From: an uncultured Chloroflexia bacterium
GTDB lineage: Bacteria > Chloroflexota > Limnocylindria > Limnocylindrales > CSP1-4
Assembly (NCBI GenBank): GCA_963711405.1
Contig: CAVQDZ010000001.1
Span: 90,703-154,702 of the forward strand
Reading direction: 5' to 3'
DNA: 64,000 nt
Shown here: piece by piece, positions 20,289 through 27,514 of the stretch
How the letters are laid out: each line of letters opens with the position of its first letter
How positions within the stretch are numbered: position 1 is the stretch's first letter
Notes under the pieces: model-generated
Told to the model about the DNA's origin: nothing
The model's input: only the letters and a program-made list of their open reading frames with translations
Database searches by the model: none
Position numbers and translations under genes: made by a program

Positions 20289-21376
20289 CGGCGGTTCGGC
20301 TGATTGCCGCCGCCCATGATGCGTTCGCCGAGGCGCGTCGTTCGGCCGTCTCGCGCGATATCGACGGCTGGCTGGCCGGGAGGCCGGTCAGGTTTGAGTT
20401 CGCGGGCGACTTCTTCGAGCGGCAGCTGAGCCGCGCGCTGGCCATCGATCCACAGCCGGCGGCATCCACGCCGTCGACGGCCGGGGCCGCAGCGGCCCTC
20501 GCGCTGCATGCGTGGGACGCGGCCTCGACCGGTGTGCGGCTGGCCTCCGAATCGTGGGCCGGCCTGATGATCAACTCGTCGAGCGTGATCGAGGACCTGT
20601 CCGACGAGCGCTACCAGGTCAGCCTGGAGCTGCGCGGCGCCTTGGCATCCATCCTGGACCGCGATACGGGCGAGGCCTATCACTACGTGCCTGATCCGGA
20701 CAGGCTGCCGGCGTGGGAGACGACGCACCCCGCGCGCGTGCTGCTCGCCGCGTGGGCGCGCGCCCAGGGTCTGATCACGTGCCACGCCGCGGCCGTGGCC
20801 GACGAAACGGCCGGTCTATTGCTGTGCGGCGGCAGTGGCGCTGGTAAATCGACGACGACGCTCGCGTGTCTGGCGGCCGGGATGCGTTCGGCCGGTGACG
20901 ACTACGTGCTGGTCGAGCCGGGCGCTCCGCCCATCGTTCACGCGTTGTACCGCTCGACGCTGCTCGAGATCGACAACTACACCCGACATCAGCGCCTGAT
21001 GCCCGCTGTCGATCACGTCGCGGATCAGCTCGACCGGCGCAAGGCGGTCATGTTCGCGGCCGGAGCGGACCGGCCGCTGATCTCAGGCGGCTTTCCGATC
21101 GCTGGCATGGTCGCGCTGCATGTCGAGAAGGGCAGCCAGCCCGCGTATCGACGAACGAGCGGGGCGGCCGCGCTGCGCGCCCTTGCACCAAGCACGCTGT
21201 CCCAGTTGGGCATGGTCAATTCCGCGGGCCTGGCCCGCCTCGCGGACCTGTGTCGCTCGCTGCCCGCCTTCGAGCTCAGGCTGGGCGACGATCCCGCGCC
21301 TGTGCCCGACATCCTGCGCGGCGTGATCCGCGACGCCCTTCACGACACGACGCTGGCAGTGCCCGCGCATGCCTGA
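20285..21376 (+). CDS. HPr kinase-related P-loop serine/threonine kinase
   Basis: CHAAAVA, Walker A GGSGAGKSTTT, GDDYVLV. ATG 20285 overlaps the PqqD stop. Confidence 0.82.
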   Translation: MTAVRLIAAAHDAFAEARRSAVSRDIDGWLAGRPVRFEFAGDFFERQLSRALAIDPQPAASTPSTAGAAAALALHAWDAASTGVRLASESWAGLMINSSSVIEDLSDERYQVSLELRGALASILDRDTGEAYHYVPDPDRLPAWETTHPARVLLAAWARAQGLITCHAAAVADETAGLLLCGGSGAGKSTTTLACLAAGMRSAGDDYVLVEPGAPPIVHALYRSTLLEIDNYTRHQRLMPAVDHVADQLDRRKAVMFAAGADRPLISGGFPIAGMVALHVEKGSQPAYRRTSGAAALRALAPSTLSQLGMVNSAGLARLADLCRSLPAFELRLGDDPAPVPDILRGVIRDALHDTTLAVPAHA

Positions 21377-22064
21377 CGCCTCGCCCAGCATCGGCGTGGT
21401 CATTCCTGCACGCGACGCTGGCCGTTACATCGCCCAGACGATCGAGAGCGTCCTCGCGCAGACAGTCAGCCCGACCGAGATCATCCTCGTCGATGACGGC
21501 TCGACCGATGACACCGTAACCATCGCGCGGGCCTTTGGCGAGCGCATCCGGATCGAACGTCAGCCGCCGACCGGCCCGGCCGCCGCGCGCAACCTGGGCA
21601 TCAGCGCGACCTCGTCCGAGCTGGTGGGGCTGCTGGACGCGGATGACATATGGCCGACCAACAGCCTCGAGCTCCGCCTCGCTGGACTTCGGGCCGACGA
21701 GGACGCCGACCTGTGCTTCGGCCACATGATCCAGTTCGCAAGCCCTGACCTGCCGATCGAAGAACAAAGCCGGCTGCACGTCGATCCCGCGCCGCAGCCC
21801 GCGCTGAGCTCGACGGCCATGCTTGCCAGGCGAACGGTTTTCGATCGAGTGGGGCTATTTCCTGATCGGCGCGCCGGCGACTTTCTCGAGTGGCTCATCC
21901 GCGCGCGCACGGAGGGCGTGCGCTGGGTCATGCTCGGCGACGTCGTTCTCCGCCGGCGGCTGCACCTGCACAACCTGTCGCGCCGCGAGCCGGAGGCCAA
22001 CGCCCATTACCTGGCCGTCGTGCGCGCCGAGCTGGCCCGCCGCCGGCTCGCGGGCGAGGCGTGA
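21369..22064 (+). CDS. Glycosyltransferase family 2
   Basis: VVIPA, IILVDDGSTD, ARNLG, LLDADD. Confidence 0.92.
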   Translation: MPDASPSIGVVIPARDAGRYIAQTIESVLAQTVSPTEIILVDDGSTDDTVTIARAFGERIRIERQPPTGPAAARNLGISATSSELVGLLDADDIWPTNSLELRLAGLRADEDADLCFGHMIQFASPDLPIEEQSRLHVDPAPQPALSSTAMLARRTVFDRVGLFPDRRAGDFLEWLIRARTEGVRWVMLGDVVLRRRLHLHNLSRREPEANAHYLAVVRAELARRRLAGEA

Positions 22065-22078
22065 AAGGAGGCGACCTC

Positions 22079-22591
22079 ATGACCGACGAAGTCGCCAAGA
22101 TCCAGATCCGGCCCATCGTCGAGGCCGACGAAGCTATCGTCGACCGGCTCTGGCAGCTGTACATCCACGACCTGTCCGAGTCGCGCCACTCGCTGCCCAA
22201 CGAGCACGGCCTGTTCAAGTTGGGCCACCTGGCCGACTTCCGCGCCCGGCCCGATGAGTGGCCCGGTTTCCTGGTCACGTATGGCGGCACTCCGGCCGGC
22301 TTCGCGTTCGTCGGCCTGCGCTGGCAGGGGGACAAACGCACGATCGGTGAGTTCTTCGTCGTCCGTGGCGCGCGACGCCATGGCGTGGGCCGACACGTAG
22401 CGCGCGCCTTGATCGGACGCTATCGGGGCTCATGGGAGATCGCCTTCCAGGACAACAATCCAGGTGCGCCCGATTTCTGGAAAGGCGTGGTAGCGGACAT
22501 CACCGGCGCCGACTGGCGTGAGGAGTGGCGGCCGGTGCCTGACAAGCCGCACATCGCGCCCGATCACTGGCTGATGTTCAGCGTGTCCTAG
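22079..22591 (+). CDS. GNAT family N-acetyltransferase
   Basis: EFFVVRGARRHGVGR acetyl-CoA motif, N..A.DFW. AAGGAGG SD before ATG 22079. Confidence 0.85.
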   Translation: MTDEVAKIQIRPIVEADEAIVDRLWQLYIHDLSESRHSLPNEHGLFKLGHLADFRARPDEWPGFLVTYGGTPAGFAFVGLRWQGDKRTIGEFFVVRGARRHGVGRHVARALIGRYRGSWEIAFQDNNPGAPDFWKGVVADITGADWREEWRPVPDKPHIAPDHWLMFSVS

Positions 22592-22610
22592 CCTTGGGCC
22601 GTGCCCGGAG

Positions 22611-23015
22611 CTACCAGTGGTCGGGTCTGAACTCCACGAACTCGATCTGGTTGCCGAACGGATCGCGCGCGAAGAAGCGCGGCCGGCCCGGGATGTCACC
22701 GTCGTGGTCGCGCGTGACGACACCGTTCGCGTCGAGATGGGCGCGAAATGCCGCGGCATCGTCCACCTGGAAGCACGGATGGCGGCGTGACTGGTCGTTG
22801 ACCGCCACGCCGGATGGTTCGCCGAACAGGTGCAGCTCCAGATCACCCGCCTTCCACCACACGACCGTCCCCGGCAGCGTGTCCGGCACGGGCATCTCTT
22901 CGAGGCCCAGCACGTCGGTGAAGAAGCGGCGCGCCACGGCGACCGAGTCGGGCGTGCCCGGGAAAGGCATGGCGACGTGCTGAAGGCGAAGGATGCGCGG
23001 ACGCTGGGCGGTCAT
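22611..23015 (-). CDS. VOC/glyoxalase family protein
   Basis: LQHVAM, FFTDVLGL, HPCFQVDD, RDPFGNQIEF. Confidence 0.88.
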   Translation of the reverse strand: MTAQRPRILRLQHVAMPFPGTPDSVAVARRFFTDVLGLEEMPVPDTLPGTVVWWKAGDLELHLFGEPSGVAVNDQSRRHPCFQVDDAAAFRAHLDANGVVTRDHDGDIPGRPRFFARDPFGNQIEFVEFRPDHW

Positions 23016-23025
23016 GTCGTCAACG

Positions 23026-24315
23026 TCATGACGAGAACGAAGTAACGACGAGGACGACCGACATCACAACGAGCATCAGTGTCACGCCCCAGCCCAGGAT
23101 CAGGTTGATGCGGCCGCTGACGAGATTGCCCATGATCTTGCGATCGCCAACCAGGAGCATCACGAATACGAGGATGACCGGCAGCAGCAGGCCGTTGAAC
23201 ACCTGGGCACTGAACATGACCTGGATCAGCGGCAGGCCCGGGATGAGCATGAACAGGGCGGCAAAGACGATGAAGAAGACAAGCAGCCCGTAGAAGGCGG
23301 GTGCCTCACGGAAGCGCCACTCGACGCCCTGCTCCCAGCCGAACACTTCCGCGGCCGTGTAGGCACTAGAGAGCGGAACCACCCCCAGGCCCAGCAGCGA
23401 AGCGGCGACGAGGCCGATGGCAAAGAGAACGGCCGCGACGTTTCCGGCGATCGGCTCGAGCGCCTGCGCCGCGTCAGCGGCGCTACTGATGTTGAAGATG
23501 CCGGTGGCCCACAGCGTGGCGGCACAGGCGACGAGGATGAACGCGGCGATGACGTTCGTGATGAACACGCCAATCAGGACGTCGATACGCTCGGCGCTCA
23601 TGTCCTCGGGCCGCAGGCGCTTGTCGACGACATAGGCCTGGATGAACTGCTGTCCCCACGGGGTGATGGTGGTGCCCACGACACCGACCACGGCGAGCAT
23701 GTACACGCCGTTGAAGGTGCCTGAGGGCACGATCAGGCTGTGCAGCGCCAGGCCCCAGTCCGGGTTGGCCAGGATCGCCGACACGATGTATGCGCCGGAG
23801 ACGAGCACGCCGACCGCGACAAAAAAGTACTGGACGCGGTTGAAGCTGCCCGCGCCGATGAGCGTAATGACCGCGATCGCAGCGACGACCGCGGAGATTG
23901 GTGCCGGCACTCCAAAGATCGACAGCGCCGCACCGATTCCGGCGAACTCCGAGACGGTCGTGCCCAGGTTGGCGGCGAGCATCGTCACGGTGGCGAAAGC
24001 TGCCCAGCGGATGCCGAACCGCTCGCGAATCAAGCCAACGAGGCCTTTGCCCGTAGCGAGTCCCATTCGTGCGCCGATCTCCTGGGTGATGAGCAGCGCG
24101 ACCTGGGTCACGAGAATCAGCCACAACAGCTGGTAGCCGAACTTCGCCCCGGCAATCGAGTAGGTCGTGATGCCGCCGGCGTCGTTGTCGGCGAAGCCGC
24201 TGACGATGCCCGGGCCGAGCACCGCCATCGTGGCTACAAATCGGGCACGGCGGCCCAAGCGCCGGCGCGGCGCCATAGGCGCGGCAGGATTGACCGGCCG
24301 AGCCGCGGCGCTCAT
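23026..24315 (-). CDS. NRAMP-family divalent cation transporter (NrmT/Mg-type clade)
   Basis: GPGIV..ADNDAGGITTYS, GTTITPW, about 11 TMs. Confidence 0.88.
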   Translation of the reverse strand: MSAAARPVNPAAPMAPRRRLGRRARFVATMAVLGPGIVSGFADNDAGGITTYSIAGAKFGYQLLWLILVTQVALLITQEIGARMGLATGKGLVGLIRERFGIRWAAFATVTMLAANLGTTVSEFAGIGAALSIFGVPAPISAVVAAIAVITLIGAGSFNRVQYFFVAVGVLVSGAYIVSAILANPDWGLALHSLIVPSGTFNGVYMLAVVGVVGTTITPWGQQFIQAYVVDKRLRPEDMSAERIDVLIGVFITNVIAAFILVACAATLWATGIFNISSAADAAQALEPIAGNVAAVLFAIGLVAASLLGLGVVPLSSAYTAAEVFGWEQGVEWRFREAPAFYGLLVFFIVFAALFMLIPGLPLIQVMFSAQVFNGLLLPVILVFVMLLVGDRKIMGNLVSGRINLILGWGVTLMLVVMSVVLVVTSFSS

Positions 24316-25577
24316 CGCACGGGGCGTGAAGGACGACGTGGCTGCCAGCGGCGGCTGGCTTCTGGCGCCACGGCATCGAGCGCGTCGTCAACAGTGACAA
24401 TGCCCTCGAGGTGCCCGGCGTCATCGACTACGGGCACGGCCAACAGGTTGTAGCGCGCGATTACGCCCGCGACGTGATCCTGGTCGTCGAGTACACGAAC
24501 GGTGATCGGCTCCTTGATCATCACCTCGCTGACGACAGTCTCCGGCTTGGCCACGATCAGGTCGCGCAACGAAAGCACGCCGACGAGGGCATTCTCCGGC
24601 CCAACGACGTAGACGTAGTAGATCGTCTCCGCGTCGGGCTCCAGCTCGCGCAGCCGGTCGATCGCCTGGGCTGCGGTGAGGTTCGCCGGCAGAGCGACAT
24701 ACTCGGTGGTCATGATCCCGCCGGCCGACTCCTCCGGGTAGCCCAGCAGCTCCTGTACCTCCTCTGCCTCGTCCTTCTCCATCAGGGCGAGGATCTCCTC
24801 GCGCGCGGTCTCTGACAGGTCGGCGACCAGGTCGGCCGCGTCGTCGGGGCTCATCTCCTCGAGGATGTCCGCTGCGCGATCCGGCTCGAGGTCCTCGAGC
24901 ACCTCGACCTGTGTCTCCGGCTCCATCTCCTCGATCGCATCCGCGACCTGCTCGTCGTCAAGCGAGGCGAGCACGCCGGCACGATCGCGTGGCGTGAGCT
25001 GGTCGATGATCGAGGCGAGATCCGACGGGTGCAGCGAGGCGAGACCTGCATGGGGCACGCGCAGGCGCACCGCCGCAATCGACGTCTCGAGTGGATCGAC
25101 GTCCTCCCAGTCGATGAAGCGCTCGCGCACACGCAGGTTCAGGTTGCGTGCAAGCGTCCTATACGGACCCTCAAGGCCAAAGCGACGCAGGATGCCGGCT
25201 GCGCCGACGTCGACCGCGACGAGACGAAACGAACCGGTCACGACGTCGAGGCTCACGTCGTTGACGCGCACCACGCGCCGGCCGTCGATATCGACGATCT
25301 GCTTGTCCATCAAATCGGCCTTGAGCAGGATCTCGTTCGGCCGCTGACTGAACTTGTTGATGTCCAGCGTCGACGTCTTGAGGCGCGCGCCACTCATGTC
25401 CAACGACGCGACAGACGACCAGGGCAGGAAGATCTGGCGCGCGTCGGTCTTGATGACCAGACCGGTCACGGGCGGATAGCGCTCGCCAACCGCCACGATC
25501 AGGTCCGCGACCTTGCCCATCGGGTCCCCGTTCATGTCGCGAACGGGTCTGCCGATGACTTGACTCAGGTAGAGCAT
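24312..25577 (-). CDS. MgtE-like cytosolic protein (PRC barrel + MgtE_N + CBS pair, no TM domain)
   Basis: PRC-like N-terminus, LHPSDLA, MSPDDAADL, YPEESAGGIMT, IYYVYVV, GIVTVDD. The ORF ends before the MgtE membrane domain. Confidence 0.88.
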   Translation of the reverse strand: MLYLSQVIGRPVRDMNGDPMGKVADLIVAVGERYPPVTGLVIKTDARQIFLPWSSVASLDMSGARLKTSTLDINKFSQRPNEILLKADLMDKQIVDIDGRRVVRVNDVSLDVVTGSFRLVAVDVGAAGILRRFGLEGPYRTLARNLNLRVRERFIDWEDVDPLETSIAAVRLRVPHAGLASLHPSDLASIIDQLTPRDRAGVLASLDDEQVADAIEEMEPETQVEVLEDLEPDRAADILEEMSPDDAADLVADLSETAREEILALMEKDEAEEVQELLGYPEESAGGIMTTEYVALPANLTAAQAIDRLRELEPDAETIYYVYVVGPENALVGVLSLRDLIVAKPETVVSEVMIKEPITVRVLDDQDHVAGVIARYNLLAVPVVDDAGHLEGIVTVDDALDAVAPEASRRWQPRRPSRPVR

Positions 25578-25808
25578 CTCGGGTTACCTCGACGGGGTGG
25601 TTGTCCCGCCAGAGGCGCTCGACGCTCTACTGAGCGAGCACCTCCTGGTGGACGGGACGAACCGTTGTTGAACTCACGGCGCGTGTTGCGCCGCGGCTAC
25701 TGCATCCGGCATCCACGACTGGAGCGCTTCCTCCAAGGGCGGTTTCAGCGGTCCGACTCGCACGCGCACCTACGCGTAAGTCGCACGAGGGGACCTTGAT
25801 GAGTATAT
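25578..25808 (-). promoter_or_regulatory. Long structured 5' leader of the mgtE-like/NRAMP operon (candidate metal-sensing cis element)
   Basis: TATACT -10 near 25802-25807 on minus. Stems CGACT/AGTCG and GGTCC/GGACC, plus a 65-nt hairpin at 25599-25663 whose wobbles are G-U on the minus strand. Confidence 0.45.
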
Positions 25809-25893
25809 TAGTCAGCGAATTCCCGAATTCCATCCGTCCCGCGGTACGCCGACGCGTGCCCGGCGGGGTCGTACGAAGGACGCACGCACACAC

Positions 25894-26769
25894 ATGAGCT
25901 TTTCGATCACCGATGGCCAGGCGCAGCCGGCCCTCAACGCCACGCGCCTCAAGAGGCAGCTGACCGAGCAGGCAATCGCCGCCGCCACTGACGCCGACTG
26001 GGAGCAGGCCGCGGACCTCAACAAGCGCATCCTTGAGCTGGGCGCTGACTCTGAGGCAGAGAACCGCCTGGCCAAGTCCTACTGGGAGCAGGGCGAGCTG
26101 GGCCAGGCGCGCGAGCACTACCAGGCGGCGCTGGCCCTTGATCCGACCAACCGCATTGCCGAGCGCAACATCTCGCGCCTGCGCATGCTTCTGGCGGAGG
26201 CCGGCAAGAAGACGATCGCGGCCAAGAAGACGGACAAGGCGCCCGTCTCGATCTTCGTCGAGGAGACCGGCAAGACCGGTTTCGCGCACCTGATCGATCT
26301 CGCCGATCCCAAGCAACTGGCCCAGGTCAATCCGGGCGACTCGGTCGAGCTTTCACCGGTCGGACCGCGCCTCGAGGCGAAGTCCAACGGCTGGCACATC
26401 GGTTACGTCGAACCGCGCGTCGCCGCCCGACTGCTGAAGCTGATCGCGGAAGGCAACAAATACACCGCCGGCGTGACCAGCATCGGCGAACGCGACGTCC
26501 GCGTCATCATCCGTGAGACCTACCAGGACCCGGCCAACTACGGCAAGGTTTCGTTCCCGACAGCGGCCAAGGTCGGCGACCTGCGGCCGTACACCAAGGG
26601 CACGCTCATCCGTGAGGAGATGGACCTTGAGGATGAGCTCGAGCTGGACGAGGACGACGACGAGATCGAGGACATCGGCCGGGTCATTCCTGACGATCTG
26701 ACCACGGACGAGGCCTTCGTCGAGGAAGAGTCGGTCGACGACGACCGCTCCGACGACGAAGAGGAGTAG
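25894..26769 (+). CDS. Tetratricopeptide repeat protein with acidic C-terminal tail
   Basis: TPR pattern NRLAKSY...G....A...Y..ALALDPTN.IA, a middle FVEETGKT domain and a D/E-rich tail. Confidence 0.8.
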   Translation: MSFSITDGQAQPALNATRLKRQLTEQAIAAATDADWEQAADLNKRILELGADSEAENRLAKSYWEQGELGQAREHYQAALALDPTNRIAERNISRLRMLLAEAGKKTIAAKKTDKAPVSIFVEETGKTGFAHLIDLADPKQLAQVNPGDSVELSPVGPRLEAKSNGWHIGYVEPRVAARLLKLIAEGNKYTAGVTSIGERDVRVIIRETYQDPANYGKVSFPTAAKVGDLRPYTKGTLIREEMDLEDELELDEDDDEIEDIGRVIPDDLTTDEAFVEEESVDDDRSDDEEE

Positions 26770-26818
26770 TCCTCGTCGGCTCCTGGTCGCGTCGGTGACC
26801 GGGAACGTGACTGACCGG

Positions 26819-26846
26819 TTGACATTGACGCCGCTGCCGATACCGT
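26819..26846 (+). promoter_or_regulatory. Sigma70-type promoter of the secreted protein gene
   Basis: TTGACA-16 nt-TACCGT followed by a small hairpin and a GGAGG SD. Confidence 0.5.
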
Positions 26847-26883
26847 CCCCTTCATCGCAGAGGGGCAAGAGGGAGGATTTCGG

Positions 26884-27447
26884 ATGTCGAAGGTGAATTG
26901 GCGCGTCCCTGGCCGTCTGGCTGCAGTAGCTGGTCGGCTGGGTCTGGCAATCGGAGTCGCACTGTTCATCGCCGGATCGCCGACGATCGTCGGTGCCGCG
27001 GCGGCCCCGCGCATTTCTGGTCCCTTCTCGACCACGTTGACCGTCACCGCGCAGAAGAACTCATACAACACGGTCGGTCAGCAGATCACCCGCAATTGGA
27101 CCTTCACGCCGCAGTGTGCAAATGGCGGCTGCGCTACCAAACTGTCGCGAATCCGCGGCGACAACACCATCTCGAAGTACACGCTCAACCCGGTGCTCAA
27201 GAACGGTAAGTGGCAGTACACGACCACGGCCAACCAGACGACGAACTGCTACGCACCTGGCGGGGCGCTGGTCAAGAAGAATGCCTATGACTCGACGGAG
27301 AAGATCGTGCTCAAGGTGGGCAACGTGACGGGCGGCAACGTGACCAGCTTCACCGGCAGCTACGCCTTGACGTTCAAGGCGACGAGCGCCGCGAAGGCGC
27401 TCGGCTGCAAGGACGGCTTCGTCAAGGGCACGTTCAAGAACTCATAG
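26884..27447 (+). CDS. Secreted hypothetical protein (Thr/Lys/Asn-rich, 4 Cys)
   Basis: Signal-peptide-like N-terminus ending AAA, GGAGG SD, beta-rich composition. Confidence 0.7.
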   Translation: MSKVNWRVPGRLAAVAGRLGLAIGVALFIAGSPTIVGAAAAPRISGPFSTTLTVTAQKNSYNTVGQQITRNWTFTPQCANGGCATKLSRIRGDNTISKYTLNPVLKNGKWQYTTTANQTTNCYAPGGALVKKNAYDSTEKIVLKVGNVTGGNVTSFTGSYALTFKATSAAKALGCKDGFVKGTFKNS

Positions 27448-27514
27448 CTCGACGCCGGTAGCCGCTGCTGCCCGCGTCGCTGCGGCCGCCGGGCGTCGGT
27501 AGACTCCGAGGCAC

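Noticed and set aside
26620-26769. GAC/GAG-rich low-complexity repeats
   Set aside because: Coding sequence for the acidic tail, not a DNA repeat element.
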